53,866 nucleotides of DNA, filler included, from Sphacelaria rigidula (GCA_964200075.2; 4 parts of 4 records of this genome joined end to end with filler, not necessarily neighbours in it); one strand, 5' to 3'; shown: positions 25,472 to 38,655, counted from the whole stretch's first letter. Translations and numbers: made by a program. The notes: generated by a model from the letters alone, not told the origin.

Positions 25472-25671
25472 TTTTTCCTTTTTTCTTTTTGTTTCAGTGT
25501 TTCACCTTCCTTCTGCGCGTCGAATTTTGTGTACCCACGACATGGTCGCTCTCCACTGTTGGGCATGGTGTGAGAAAAAATCGCAGATCGTATGACTGCA
25601 CCGAGATTCAAACCCACGACCCAACCGTCAGAAGGATTCGAGGTTACCAACTGAGCCACCGGGGCGACCGG
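25472..25671 (-). mobile_element. tRNA-derived SINE with an Arg-TCT-like head
   Basis: The minus strand reads GCCCCGGTGGCTCAGTTGGTAA...CTTCTGA...GTGGGTTTGAATCTC, i.e. A and B boxes. There is no closing acceptor stem, and the 3' end is A-rich. Confidence 0.7.
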
Positions 25672-26886
25672 TTCCGGACAGTACTGCAAAGGTCGTAGAG
25701 TTGTGTATCGGTACCGATATACACTGACATATATCGGACCGATACGATATATCATGTCGTATCGATAGTTGTGACCGAGGTATCGGCGTTTGCCGTTATC
25801 GACCATGAGTACGATATCTGTTATTATCAATTAGATAATGGCGTTATACACCGGTGTATAGGGTGCACTGTAAGCGGTGCGTACTACAACACAGTACAGT
25901 ACAGTACTGTACGTCGTCGTGAACGATGTCTGCAGCCCCATCAGGATCGGGATCTGACGACTCTGATGACTCACGATCCGACGGCGTACATATAATTTGT
26001 TGACTCTGTGGGTCCCGGCACTGAAACAGTTAACTTCACGAGATTTTGAGTTTATCAGTGTTTTGTTAAATAAGGGCGGGGGGGTGCGGGTTTCGGCTCA
26101 GGCTGAAGCCTGGCGGCTCGTGCCCGCGCCATTCGCCTATCGGCGATGAAAAGCGCAAGCGTAGATATCTTCCTGGTATTTCAGCTTCACCGATATATCG
26201 CAATAATAACTGTTATTATGACCTCTATATGACCTGACCCGCTCACTAATAACCCCGGGCTATTGTAGTCAACCCCGACCGTCTTCCCACGCCTGTCACC
26301 CTGGGACTGTCATCCTCCAATCCCCAGTCTGGGATCATCATTCTCCCGTCTTGGAGGCTCCCCGTCGGAGCCCCCTACCCAGGCAGTCTGTGTTTCAACC
26401 CAAACCCTGCCCTGCAATGTCCGTCCAGTCCAAGTCCACGTCTCGGCTCAATACACCCCGTACCCTCTCACCGAGTGAGAAGCTACGACCTACATACATC
26501 CACTGTCCGCGTAGGATAAGTCACACTCACTGCCCGACTGTGTGTTATATTGGCGTCTGACGGTAGCGATGCTTGTCAGGCACGGGTTTTTTTCCGTCTT
26601 TGGTCCACCAGAAACTTTACATAACAATAAATGGTACTACCGACGATACACGATGTCGAACGCTAGGAAAACGGAGCGTAATCTCGCTAGACCCATTCAT
26701 CCCTGACTTTCATTCCTGATACAACTGTATAATTGGATATGGGATACAATGGGATATGGGATGCAACCGTCGAGATAATTTTTCGGACACGGAACCCCCC
26801 TCCCCCCCCCCATTGGTTAGCCTGGTCCGGCGAGAACCCGGCGTGCTCCGTCCCGGCTTTGTAGTGGCGGACCCCCGATGGGGTTG

Positions 26887-26986
26887 NNNNNNNNNNNNNN
26901 NNNNNNNNNNNNNNNNNNNNNNNNNNNNNNTTAATTAATTAANNNNNNNNNNNNNNNNNNNNNNNNNNNNNNNNNNNNNNNNNNNN
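26887..26986. other. Artificial contig linker
   Basis: N-TTAATTAATTAA-N, 100 nt. Confidence 0.98.
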
Positions 26987-29058
26987 GCAGAAGCAACCGA
27001 TTTAACCATCGGGGTGCAACCTCTGCGATACCACTGTTCATGTTGAACGGTGGTCGGTCCGTTCTGCAAGAGCGTCGACCGTGATTTATTCCAACAAACA
27101 CATAGTGGGGGGTGTTGGTACCATGTTGTATTTCGGCATGTCGGGTGAAAACACGAAGAAGCCCCAACCTTCATTTCGCGGATTGCCGGTGCCTGCGGTT
27201 TGACGCAACCAAATCGGGACGGAACAACTTTGTTTGCGTCTGCGTTTCCGCTGACATGTTATGAAGAGCACCGTGTGTGGGGGGTTGTGATGGTGAGATG
27301 GACACAATAATTTGCAAGAAGGGGAGATATATCGATACTTGCCATTTTAGCCTTTTCTTGGGCTCTGATGTTTCGGAATTTCCTGTTTTTTTATTTCAGA
27401 ATACCCCTGATGAGTCGGCGTTATTTCCCGCGCGAACTCTCAAGTTGTGAGCAGATTGGTAGAGTCGTTCTTTGCACAGAAAGAAGATCAAATGCAGCTG
27501 GTGAGTTTTTTTGTTTTGTTCCAGTTGGCAATAGCGAATGATGTGGTAGTCGGTGCAGTTGGTGTGTGCGCTGTATGTTCGCGTTGTTGTTGTCGTGCTG
27601 TCGTATACGCGATTTGGTATGAATTCGTGTTGACCAGTGACGCTGTCTTGTCCAGGCGCGTGGTGGACTTGTCGACCGAGCTTGACGTAAGCATTTCAGA
27701 TAGGTCGTGTCCCTCATTCTGGGTGCCAAGCGGGGCAAGTATCGTAGCCAAACATGAAAGCAGTATGTGGGTATCAACACCATTACTTCAAGCGATGGTA
27801 TCCTACCGCAGACATCAGCGCGGGCGAATCGTATGTTGGTGGGCGAGAAACGTCCTCCAATCAAGCTAAGAGTAGAGCAGCCATGCACAATAAACTACAC
27901 ACGACGGTGGAGAGGGGGTAGGCGATGGCTGGCTAGGCTGTGTATTGCGAGACCTCACGTGGTATCCTTCGCGTCGATTGCGGAACAGTTGGTTCACAGA
28001 ATTGTTTTTCCGAAGTGCGGTTTCCCGTCAATGTGGTGGATCACAGGTAGTCCGGCATTTGACTCCCGTCTACCGGAATTTGCGAAGATTTACTTCACGC
28101 CTTTCCCCAGTAGAGGCTTTGACTCCACCTGCAGAGTTCCCTAGCGCATTCTAGGAAGGAGAAGATGAAGTTCGTTTTTTATCTCTTCTTCTTTGCGAGT
28201 CGTTATGCTTGTATGTGAATCGGGCGCAGATGCCTTCTAAACACGGGATTTTGCAGATGAAGATAGTCTCCTTGTTGAGGCTGAGTTCGAGCCCGCACAC
28301 GACGGCCGACTAGCATTTGCATTTTTGTCAAACATAGGTTCATGCTTGAGGAAGTTCCTGCCATGGTTTGGAAGCGATCCCAATCAAGTTGCTTGTGCAC
28401 GGTGGGGAACCGGCAACGGTTTGTCGTGACGCTGAAATACCACTATCGTGCTCCTTGTGCCCCTCGATGTCGACCAAGTAGTACAACCACGAACACGGGA
28501 TCCTGAAAAATGGGAAAGAGGTTTTCCTTTTGGAAAGAACTGAAGTTGACAGTGTAAATAGTGCTACAACCGATACCCCGTCGAACATTCCTTCGAACGG
28601 TTCAGAGGCACGTTTGACAGGGCACCAGTTGCAATATTGTGTAATTTGTAGTGTTGGAAATACTGTGTGGCTCGTAATGTTTGGTACCGTTCTCAAAACA
28701 GACCGATGTATGTCCCGAAGACATAAGAGTGGTAGAGGGTGCACAGTGGTTGTCAGACCACTTGCTTCTGCAGCTCAGGCACAAATCTGTGTCCAGACCG
28801 GGCGAACGGCTCGCACCGAAGCGCGGCATCCCCCCCCCCCCTCTTCCCCCCTCCCCCCAGCCCTATGCGACCCGCGCGGATCGATTGATTAGCGGGGCAC
28901 GAAACAAAGCCAATAAAAGGCGAGATGGATCATGAGGTGTTTAACGAGGAGAACTACCATCCACAGAATGCGGACAGGTCAAAACCTGCTCATATTTCAG
29001 GCGCAGGAGAAAGACCCATCTTGTAGGAAGTGTATGCCCCGACCAAGAGCGGACGGGA

Positions 29059-29400
29059 GACTCTTTCTGCGATACCCCCCCCCCCCCCCCCCCCCCCAAA
29101 AACCACCCCCCCCACCACAAACCAGAAGAACANNNNNNNNNNGGGAGACCCTTGCGGGGCTACCCCCCCCCCCCCCTAAAAAAAAAAAGTGGCTGATTTG
29201 GGGAGGCGAAATCTACATGTCAATCGGAATGAAAAAAGTCGAGCACGACGAGCAGCTGAGAATTCCCACGCTTGGGTTTGCCAATGTCGCTCACATGAGG
29301 CGCTTCACGCAGAAACCAAACATCAGGCGCTGTACGGCTATTGTTTCGTGACAGTTTTGGGCTGTTTTTCGGGGGGGGGGAGGCTTTCGTAGAAAGTGTC
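29059..29400. mobile_element. MITE family S2 (TIR GACACTTTCTACGATAGC(C)n), 4-bp TSD GGGA
   Basis: ggga|gactctttctgcgatacccc...ggctttcgtagaaagtgtc|ggga. The body is homologous to 39911-40159 and contains a 10-N gap. Confidence 0.75.
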
Positions 29401-29893
29401 GGGAAAACACCGCAACTTCTACGGGGAAACCTGTCGATGGTACAAATCCCCCAGAACCAAACTGTACCATCTCTGATAAAGTATTTGAGGCAGAACAAGC
29501 TATGCCATAATGCGCGCAGATTAACCACCATAAGCTCCCACGGCCTCTGGCGACAGAAATGATGTATCCTTTTTGCGTGGGAGAAGAAATGACGATTACG
29601 AGGCAAGCCAGCAAGAACAGAACTCGGTTTCATCTCACCCCCCGCGGGGCGACCTCTACCCCAGCGAAAAACAATCCCCATCTCAATAATATTCAACACA
29701 GAGTAGGAGCAGGTGCTACAGCTTTTCTAAGAGGGCTGTGATGTTTCCCCCCGAGTCCTTGTACCAACGCAGAAGCAATAGCGAAAAAGAAAGGTCCGGT
29801 GCCCTTCTACTTTCCTCGTCAATTCCAGTCATCGCGCGAAAATCAAGTCTTCAGCCCCGCAAGAGGAAGTAAGTTTCCTTCCCCATCCACTTC

Positions 29894-31038
29894 TTAAAGA
29901 CTAGCGAAGTAAAGAATTCTGGCTTCCAGGCGCGATTTTTCTAGCTTCCGTAGCGGGAGTTCCTCATAGTTTAGGTCCGTGTACCGCACCCGCCCAAATT
30001 TGTCGTAGTTCAAGACTTGGCCCTTGCGCACCATGTCTTCAAACTTCATGTAGAAGCAGATACCCATGGGGAAGATTTTCAGGGCATCACTGTGGCCGGG
30101 TGTTTCTCTGTAGCGATGTGCGGTCTGATGCACAGATCAGGGTCATACAGCTGTCTCAGCGGATGGTAATCCTCTAGTTGGAGGGGTGTGAAACTCTTCA
30201 ACGATTCGGTTTCTGCAACCAATTTGACACTGCATCATGCTGGGTCTCTCTCTGCTTTGTATTCCCCCGAACCACTTCTAACTTTGGAATATGGCCTATT
30301 GTAGTCGACTGTTGAAAACCACGTGGCGGGTGAATCAGGCAAGATGGAAGCTTGCAAACCGGGTGCCCATGCGAATTGTGCGAGCTCATATGCTAGAGAA
30401 TGACGAAGATGAGACGGGCCTGTGTAAAGGGGTTTGACTTCCGAGGTAGCTACTCTACGCTTGCGTGATTTCCACCCCTGCATGGGTACTTGTACTTGAA
30501 GACTCGCTTGCAACAAGCCCCCCACTACCCAAGGTCCCGTGTATCTGTCGTGTTCCAGTTTTTCTTCGTCTCTCTCGATGGATTGTACTCTCCGACTCCC
30601 GCACCATAACCAGCCCCCCCGGCTTGACGGATACACGCCTGCCGACGGCCTTGAGATGATAGCGTTGCCGAGTGATGCTTAGGTAGGGGTGCACAAAAAT
30701 GTTCTGAGGTTAGATTTGCTGCGAGACCTTTATCTGATCCAAAACACGACTTATGAAATATGTGAGGGTACTCCAGAATTACTATTTCAATGGACTAGGG
30801 ATACCCCGAATGAATTTGCAAACGGGGATGCCCGACCCATACTCTCGTGCATCTAGGATTGGTAGGAGCCTCTGAACGAGGCACGTTTTGGCCGAAAAAG
30901 GGGCCCCTTACCGTGACATTACTTTGCAGCCGGCACGAGCTTTTAAGTGCACTGGCTCGCGCTCTCCCAAAGCTTGACGTACCTCCGGCACAATCTGTTG
31001 GCGTTGCTCCACAAACTTGTTCAACCCTGCACAAGGTA
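29894..31038 (-). pseudogene. Gypsy integrase C-terminal region (GPY/F motif, chromodomain-like and Tudor-like segments), split by a MITE
   Basis: VKPGGLVMVRES, KLEHDRYTGPWVV, EYK...ESLKSFTPLQLE, and FPMG...KFED...GQVLNYD...RVRYTDLNYEEL. Confidence 0.7.
30670..30924. mobile_element. Sola-like MITE family S1 inserted in the integrase
   Basis: gagtgatgcttaggtaggggtgcac...ccccttaccgtgacattactt, flanked by tgcc and tgca. The integrase reading continues across it. Confidence 0.75.
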
Positions 31039-32400
31039 TGTAATGTCCAAATACGAGGTTATAGGCACCCCGGTGGCCACCCGTGGAGGTCTCGATGGGG
31101 GTGAGTGAAGACGGCGGCAATGAGCCTGCGATGGAAAGGAATGAGGGCAAAGCACATTTTTTTTCCTCTCCCGGCGATCGCAACCTTACAGATGGAAAAC
31201 GACTTCTGGTTGACCTGCGAACTGGTGGCGTTTCGTCGTCGAGCGCCGCACAAGTCGTGAATGGGTACCCATGCAAAAGCGATTGCGTAAGCAATGCCAA
31301 GGTAGGGGTGCACGTTTTTTACCTCTAAGGCTCTTCGCTGTAAGAGCTTATCGATGACAAATATCTGGGACTTAGTGTGCAGCCTCAGACAAGTCGTAGG
31401 ATCTTGGCTCTTGTGTACTGCCTCGTAAACTGCAGAGCCATCGAGACAGACGAGCGCAAGAGCGGACGAAATACGTCTGGGGCCATGAGATCGAGGCGCG
31501 AACATGCCGCGGCCCCAAACTTCGGCGGTGCTGTTGTGTTCACGACACGTACCAGCTCTTCAGCTTCCACGTATTCGCAGAAGTCGCTCAACGGGGAGGT
31601 CGCGAGCGGTGTGTTTTCCCGCAACTGGTTGATGTCCGCCCTGCAACCGATGGCGATGGTTTTCTCCTCTGATTCGGAGAGTCGGGGGGCGTAGCTGAGC
31701 GTTGGGTTCACCTTCCTGTTCCCGACATACGAATTCGGGAAGGTGAGCGGGATATCCGGTTTGGAAACGCGCATCGTTCGGTGTCCCTCTGAGAGGTGGA
31801 ACCTCTTGAAACAGGCGAGAAGCTCATTCTCGCCGTCATCCTCAATGTCATCGTCAACGGGAGGGGAAGGGGCAGGGGCTCCGGGAACCCTTGGCGGGAG
31901 TACAGTCGCCTTACCACGCTTCTTTGCAGGCCGCGGGCCGTCGCTGTCCGTGTTGGTGGCGTCCGTACCGTCGTCGCCTCCGGAATCGTGTCGGCTCCCC
32001 TCTTCAGTGCTGTCCCCACCGTCGCCCTCGTCACTGGAATAAGGGCCTTGATTTCCGGAGTCGTCAGAGACGTCCCTGCCATGGACGTCCCTGAGAGGGC
32101 AATGTTTCTCCTTCCCTTGCCCTTGCCGTTGTCGTTGCCGCTCCCTTTCCTCTTCCCGCCCGCGTTGCGCTTGAAGCTCCCCTTCGGTCCTTCCTTTTCG
32201 ACCTTGATCGTTCCAGGCACCTTCCTCTCCCTAGTACCCTTTGCACCTCGTCCAAGGTTTCCACTGGCGGTCATGGCGACTTTCTCCTTCCCGCTCAGTT
32301 GCGTAGGGTTGAGCACACCGCGATACATCTCGCCTCTCGAGGGGCGACCCTCAGTACCCCTGTCAAATTTCAGGGAGAGAGATTGCGACGAAACATTACA
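31039..32400. mobile_element. 1.36-kb insertion bounded by TGTAATGT...ACATTACA, replacing the integrase core
   Basis: 8-bp inverted termini. GC-rich, coding-like interior on the minus strand. No TSD seen. Confidence 0.5.
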
Positions 32401-32679
32401 CACGTAGACAGGTTGCAGGTAGACAGCTATAGGGACGTTCCTGTCACAGAGGCGTCCCTTCCCGGAACGACAAGTTTCGAACCCAGAAGTGCATCCCTAC
32501 CGTGACATCCCTTGCGTTTTAGAGTTTGATCGTCAGTCGGTGAATCCACCAACAGCCCCCCTTCCAGTCGGGATCCTTGGTTTTCTACTGCATTCGACTG
32601 AACGGTTGAGGAGAAGTCGCCTGGAACAGAATCATATATGGTTGTCCGTCTATCGTGAGCGTGGAACTAATGGGCGAGG

Positions 32680-33050
32680 GCGTGCGGTAGTACATGCTGC
32701 ACCCCTTCGCGTAATTGCAGATCTTTGCCGCACTCCATCAGTCGCAAAGCCCGCCTATGAAGCTTGGGATAATGTTCACGGCTACAGAACAGTCATGTCA
32801 AGACAGCTGAGTCACCAACTTAAACTTTCTACTTCAACTAGGTACAGTCTGAGATGTGGTCGTCCACAGAATGCGGCCACATATTCCCGCTCTATGGGGC
32901 CCCTGCGGGCATTTCTGTGCGTGATAATCTTCAGCTCGCAAGCAACACAATACGCGAGTAATCATCGACGGCCTGCATCAAGACTCCACCAGCTCCTACT
33001 TTGCTCGCATCGGTGTGCAACTCGGATGTGTTGTTGAGGTCTGGAAAGGC
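32680..33050 (-). pseudogene. Gypsy RNase H remnant
   Basis: ELHTDASKVGAGGVLMQ and PKLHRRALRLME...HVLPHALA. Confidence 0.88.
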
Positions 33051-33129
33051 TAGCACGACTGATGAAGCCAGCGCTTAATTGAGGGACTGGAAGGCTTGAT
33101 CGTGCTCGTCGTTCCAGGGATCGTAAACC

Positions 33130-33860
33130 AAGCTCTCTTGAACACAAAATCTCTGGTGCAAAGAATACCCGTGAAGGGGGAAGCCACTTTGCTATCCTTC
33201 TCCGCGAATTGAAGCAAGTATCCCGTCATACCCAAGAACATACGAAGTTTCTCGACATATCGTGGGCGATGGCAGACAATACTGTCTACGAGCATGGCAA
33301 GAAAAATCTGCGACGCAACACCAAAATGCACTTGGCGGAATTCACCGAAAGTTCAGCTGTCAACAAGCGTTGCAGAACGAAAGCTAGTGTAGCAACGTGC
33401 TCCTCCCAGGAATCGGTAGCAGTGGGGATCTCGTCCAACCTGCTGGGTATGCCCGGATGAGGACCGAGGGCGGACTCGGTTCTTCGCGTGGACGCAGATG
33501 GTAGCAATGTTAAACCAACCCCCCCTCTGTTTAAATTCTTAGAGCAGTCCATCTGCGTCCCTAAGCACTGTCTTATAGCGATCTTTCTCCGCCATATCAT
33601 TCCGGTGAAACCGGACACTAGGTCGAGCTGGGAGAGGTGTCGCTTGCCTTTGAGACCATCGAATACCGACTGCATGTCTCCCGAACCACCGCTATCTGCT
33701 ACCAAGAGACTGTACAACCTAGTTGACGCACAGTCGAAGGGTACCGTCTTTCTTTTTGACGTACAGGCATTGAGCAGTCTAAGGCGAAGTACATGGGTGA
33801 ATGATAGTGCGGTCGAGCAACTTCTGGACTGCCTTGCCGATCAAAGGGTGTTCTTGCGGT
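33130..33860 (-). pseudogene. Gypsy reverse transcriptase remnant
   Basis: VKKKDGTLRLCV, FDGLKGKRHLSQLDLVSGF, RLDEI (degenerate YxDD) ...WEEH...L...LQRL...LSVNSAKC, and LRMFLGMTGY...ASPFT. Confidence 0.92.
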
Positions 33861-34602
33861 GAAAACGGCGCTGTTTCGCAGCAAATGGTTCACCAGACTC
33901 GTTGCGTAGGGACAGTTCAAGCTCGCCATCAATGCAAGCGAGGACTCGCTTGCGGTCAATTGAAAATAGCCCTACTTAAATAAAATTATTCAGGAGGCAC
34001 ATCACGTCATGCCTCTCAGCTGATCTAGTCTACCCTAGATTTGCATCGACGGTGCACACACCAATGGGGGGGGGGGGGACCCGTACCGGCTCGGGGGCTG
34101 CAGAAACACCGGTCGAGGTGGTTGGGCCCGGCAATGGCAAGGGTGGATTTACCGTAGACGGGTCAGAATCGGTGACTGGAAACGGGCAATGTGTCGTACG
34201 TTAAACGCTATCATATGTACTACAGGGTGGTTGTTTCTTAGTGCTACTCCGTCCACTGTACGGTTGACGATTGTACAGTAGACCGGTGATTCTGGAGGCC
34301 ATGACAACCCTCCTCTTGCCACACCCACCGCTGCTTCTCCTTCAAGAATGAACGCCTGTGGAAATACGATGACTCGTTGTCTGTCTTGGCGATGTTGCCC
34401 CGACGGTGTTGTTTTCACAGCCGAGCTGGCATATCCTTCGACTATGAATGTAGGAACGACCAGGCTCAATCCCCACTAGAAGGGATTGTCATCTTCCCTC
34501 GCAATATCATGGTAGCTGGGCAAATCGCATGGGACAGTTTGGGGTGTACGTTGAGCTGAAGAGGAATCTGTACTGTTCATCAGGGTGTACAGTACATCTT
34601 GT

Positions 34603-34785
34603 TGTGATGCGTGAGAGGACCGCGTGTTTAGAGGACTGCGCTGCAGTCCAAAACACCCCAGGATCGATGTTTTTCGAAACCAATCGGGCCAGTTGCTGCA
34701 GGGACCACGCCCCTGACCCTAACCCTGACACTAACCCTAACTCCAACCCTAGTCCTCTAAGCATGCGCTCCTCTCACGCATGACA
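34603..34785 (+). mobile_element. Telomeric-repeat-containing TIR element, internally deleted copy
   Basis: TGTGATGCGTGAGAGGACCGCG...CCTCTCACGCATGACA with internal degenerate (CCCTAA)n. TSD not conserved. Confidence 0.8.
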
Positions 34786-34869
34786 AATTAAAATGCTCAA
34801 CTGCTTTGCAGCACCATCGTAGTCACCCGTGGAGTCATACATCCAGAACGGGACCCGCGGGGCTAAGGT

Positions 34870-35180
34870 CACTGGTCAAAACCCTTTGTTCGGCCCAATT
34901 CGTAACTGCTGTTATTGGCTACGAAAATCTCAGCACCCAAAACGAACCCGCACCGGAAGCCTTTCACCATCCGAACTACGGCATCCCGGAAGCGGCTGTC
35001 GGACTGAAACATAATAGGGACCCTCATCGGGGGGATCTTGCTTCCCGTTGGGTTTGCTGCTTGTACAGCACCAGCGCTACTGCTACATATCGGACGGTAT
35101 AGTATTTTTGCTCTTCTCAAATCCTACCGTAGGGTGAAATACGTGTTGCTATCACCACTTATTACCCGCATCCAAAGGAT
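34870..35180 (-). pseudogene. Retropepsin-like aspartic protease remnant
   Basis: VQAANPTG...VRMVKG...FVLGAEIF, resembling the ILGxDF motif, located upstream of RT. The catalytic DTG motif is not intact. Confidence 0.6.
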
Positions 35181-36194
35181 CTGTACATGCCTAGACCTAC
35201 GTCGACGTCCTGTACGCCAGATCTTACCAAGTATTGAGACCTGGTCCCCTCTTCTCGGCCTGTTTGAGATCGCTGCAGCGAGCCGTAGACTCTCCAGGTC
35301 GCGAAAACCTGGGGCGTACTGCAAACACCCCGGCTCCTCCCTCAAACCCTCATCCGTTCCCGCCCCCGCGGCCTCGACTGTGCTGTCTGCCACACCCATG
35401 TCCTTCGGTGAGATCCCGCAATCCATCAGGAGGCCGTAGTCGGCTGGGGAGATGGCGACCAAGCGTGGGGAAGCCCTCGCCAAGGATGGTGTGCGCTGCG
35501 CATGTTGGTGAAAGGAAACGTATATCGCATCGTGGTCTACATTGGCCCGAAAACGCGCGACAGAAACAGATTTGATTCTTGCGGAGGACGTCGATGACAG
35601 TGTCCCGGCGAGCAGTGGTGGGGGGTATGGTATCTTCCCCGGGTGGGGCCGTGGCGGGTGGCGCAGACATTGGAATCGATGATGTAGGATTGGGTTTGTG
35701 TACAAAAGAAGAGGGATTGACCACGTGGCGCGAGATTCAAACTTCACGCCATGTCGGCCCGGTGAGGATGCAGATAGCTGGTGGAACGCAACAGTGCGGT
35801 CGGCGTAGGCGCCTAGGACGCAACGAAGGTGTCCGTTGTTGCGACCACGGGTACTGGTGACAGAAGAGGGGCCAACTCCGTGAAGAGAGTAGAGGCGGAA
35901 CCAGCTGCGGGGGCACTCGGGGGCAAGGCTCTCGTGAAAGGGGTGGACGGAAATGGGTTGATTTGATCACCTTGAACAACCTGCTGGGACCTTGGTCCCT
36001 TACTCCATTAGACTATACTGCCTGCATACGATGAGTAGAACTACACACCGTCAATTTGCGAATGTACGCCCAATCACACTAGTATTTTTGTGCCCTGCTC
36101 GTTCCCGTATGGATGCTCTCATGGGCTCATGCCAGATCATGGGCAAGGGGAAAAGCGTGGTATCGGCGGTATCCACTGCGTCGTGCAATTCACG

Positions 36195-36632
36195 TTAACG
36201 CCTGTCTTTTCGAACGGAAGGCACGGAGACATCCGCCACCGTTTCATGCAACAGAGCGAGGTGTTTGCGTGTGATGTAACTTCGAAAACTTATGACCTCG
36301 GAGCAGTAAGGGCGCTCTGAGTCCGCCATGGTGGCTGTGAACGCTAGCAACACACGTTCGTCGGCCGCTATCCAGGTCTCCAACGGCTTCTTCCTGACGG
36401 TCGCTGAGACAGAATTGGCGAAATCCAAAGACGAATCATCGACGACCTCTTCTTGTATCAGATAATGCAGCAAGTCTGCTGGGGTTACTGGGCGTGGATT
36501 TCCTTGTCGGTGACAAGAAAGACGGCTACCAGTCGGGTTGAAATGAGCATGGTAGGTGTGTGAAGACGGAGCTATCGATGTGGCAAGGCGAGACAAATGC
36601 CCATCTATCTGTGTTATCAATTCCCTATCCAT
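36195..36632 (-). pseudogene. Probable gag-region ORF fragment
   Basis: A 145-aa ORF upstream of the protease on the same strand. No diagnostic motif recognised. Confidence 0.4.
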
Positions 36633-37321
36633 AAACTGGGCTTAGGATAGACGCAAAATACCATGCTTGATGGTACTCAATCTATTCACTCACTTGTGGT
36701 GACGAGGTATTAAAGCGGTAGAGACGGATAGCTCGTCCTCCGAGGGGCTCTCGTGCACGGGCAATGGTTTGGAGCCCATTGTTACCTTTTGCATAATTTT
36801 TTAAGCCCTCGTAGCCTGCTTAGGATTGGTCACCCTCTGCTTGCTCTTCTCAGCGCCGTCGTGGCTGCGATGATGGGATTTACCTGCGCCGCGCTTTGTA
36901 TCTGAACCCGAGCGAGACCCTGCACATCAGTGTGAACTGTCTGAACTGGCGCGTGAACCCTGGCCGTGTCGGGATGAGGATAGACTTACGCTACGTCTGG
37001 CTGGTGAATGGTGCTAGATTCATCCGAAAGGAGACGACGATTGGACGGAGGTTGGGCGCGGCTCTGGGTGCTACGCTTGGAAGGGGAGTGACGACTTGAA
37101 GGGGAATGGTAACGGTGGCCAGGGGAGATAGTAAGCCTGCGATGCGAACTCGAGCGGTTCGGCGTTGAACTACTGCTCGTGGAAGGGGAGCGGCGCCGCT
37201 TGGAACCGGAGCGGCGTCGGCGACGACTGGAAGGGAGGGGAATGGGATCGGTGGTGCGGAGAACGGCGTCGACTGCATTTTGCTGGAGCGTTCGCTGTGG
37301 CAGGAACGTTTCTTGCTTATA

Positions 37322-37580
37322 GAGCAGTGATACGGTAGAAGTGCACTTATTTCGCGAAATGTTGTCTGGTTCAGGGGCTCCTAACGATTCTAGAAGCACA
37401 ATAATATGGGTCAGGGCATCCTCGTTTGCAGATTAATTCGGGATATTCCCCAGCACGTTGGAATAGTAATCCTGGCGTACTCTCGCATATTTTTCATAAA
37501 TCGTGTTCTGGATGAGATAAAGGGCTCCTAACAATTCTAATCTCAGAAAATATTTGTGTACCCCTACCGCAGCATCACTC
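37322..37580. mobile_element. Sola-like MITE family S1, 4-bp TSD TATA
   Basis: tata|gagcagtgatacggtag...cccctaccgcagcatcactc|tata. Inverted relative to the other copies. Confidence 0.8.
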
Positions 37581-37753
37581 TATATCGGAACGGCTGCACC
37601 TCGTGGAGGTGCGGTTCCGGGCAGAATTGTGGTTCTAGGGGGTGAAGAAGGGAGTGCCGGCTGCTGGGACAGAGGGGGTTGCGGGGAAGCGAGCGACGGT
37701 AGAATGCGTAAACCTCGACAACGATCCCTGGCTGGTTGACGATCCGTGGCGCT

Positions 37754-37976
37754 TGTAATGCGTGAGATGACCGCGTGCTTGGAGGATTGCATCGGAATTT
37801 GGACATCCCCATGGTTAGGGTTAGGGTTAGGGTTAGGGTTAGTGTTAGTGATAGGGTTATGGTCAGGGGCGTGGTACCTGCAGGGACTGGCCCGATTGGT
37901 TTTGAAAAACATCGATCCTAAAGTGTTTTGAACTACGGCGCGGTCCTCTAAGCACGCGGTCCTTTCACGCATTACA
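37754..37976 (-). mobile_element. Telomeric-repeat-containing TIR element, 5-bp TSD GCGCT
   Basis: gcgct|TGTAATGCGTGA...(TTAGGG)4 plus degenerate units...TCACGCATTACA|gcgct. Confidence 0.9.
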
Positions 37977-38496
37977 GCGCTCATACTTTCTCGCGAATAC
38001 TCGACGACTTTAGCCGAAAAGGCTGCATCAATAGTGTGAGAATATTGATACGGACTTCGCCCTCGCGACAAACTCAACGGGACCAGATGAAGTACCGTAC
38101 AAGCAACTTGAGACAATATTGTAATGCGTGTTAGGACCGCGTGCGTTTTGAATTACATCGGAATTTAAATACCCCAGGACCGACTTCGAGAGGACCGCAC
38201 GGTCGTCATGAATGCAGGGACCACGCTCCGAGCAAACCTGGGCCGCGCATTTATCGAGCCAGGGGTAGCGAAGCCAGGCGAGGTGACTGGAGCGACACGA
38301 CGACGACGCAGTGTGCCTCGGAAGGGAGGAGAGCAAATATTTCAAATCAATAAAATTCAGGCACCCGAAACTCGCGTGGGAGTCACTCCCGCATGTGGAT
38401 TGTGGGGGGAAAGAGTTGGCGCCAGTGTATCTAGGGAGGTGTTGGCGCCTACCACGTCGTCATGACCGCATCAACGAACTGATGCTGGACAGTTGA

Positions 38497-38655
38497 AGGT
38501 ACTAGATGCCGAGACGACCCGTCTGCTCGGTACTTACAGGTACCAGATGCCGAGGCGACCCATCTGTTCGGTACTAACAGCAACCTGATGCCGAGACGAC
38601 CCTTCTGCTCCGCCTACAGGTACCAGATACTGAGACGACCCGTCTGCTCGGTACT
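38497..38655. repeat. ~40-bp minisatellite, 4 copies (aggtaccagatgccgagacgacccgtctgctcggtacttac)
   Basis: Read directly from the sequence. Confidence 0.88.

Larger units (their letters stand above)
29894..36632 (-). mobile_element. Degenerate Ty3/Gypsy LTR retrotransposon internal region (gag-like, PR, RT, RH, IN C-terminus) with nested insertions; LTRs not resolved
   Basis: Domain order PR-RT-RH-IN on the minus strand, with many stops and frameshifts. See the sub-features below. Confidence 0.9.

Noticed and set aside
26210-26580. Possible solo LTR with a TGGCG primer-binding site
   Set aside because: There is no second copy, TSD or clear CA terminus.
37813-37860. True telomere
   Set aside because: The tract is short, internal and enclosed by TIRs with a TSD.
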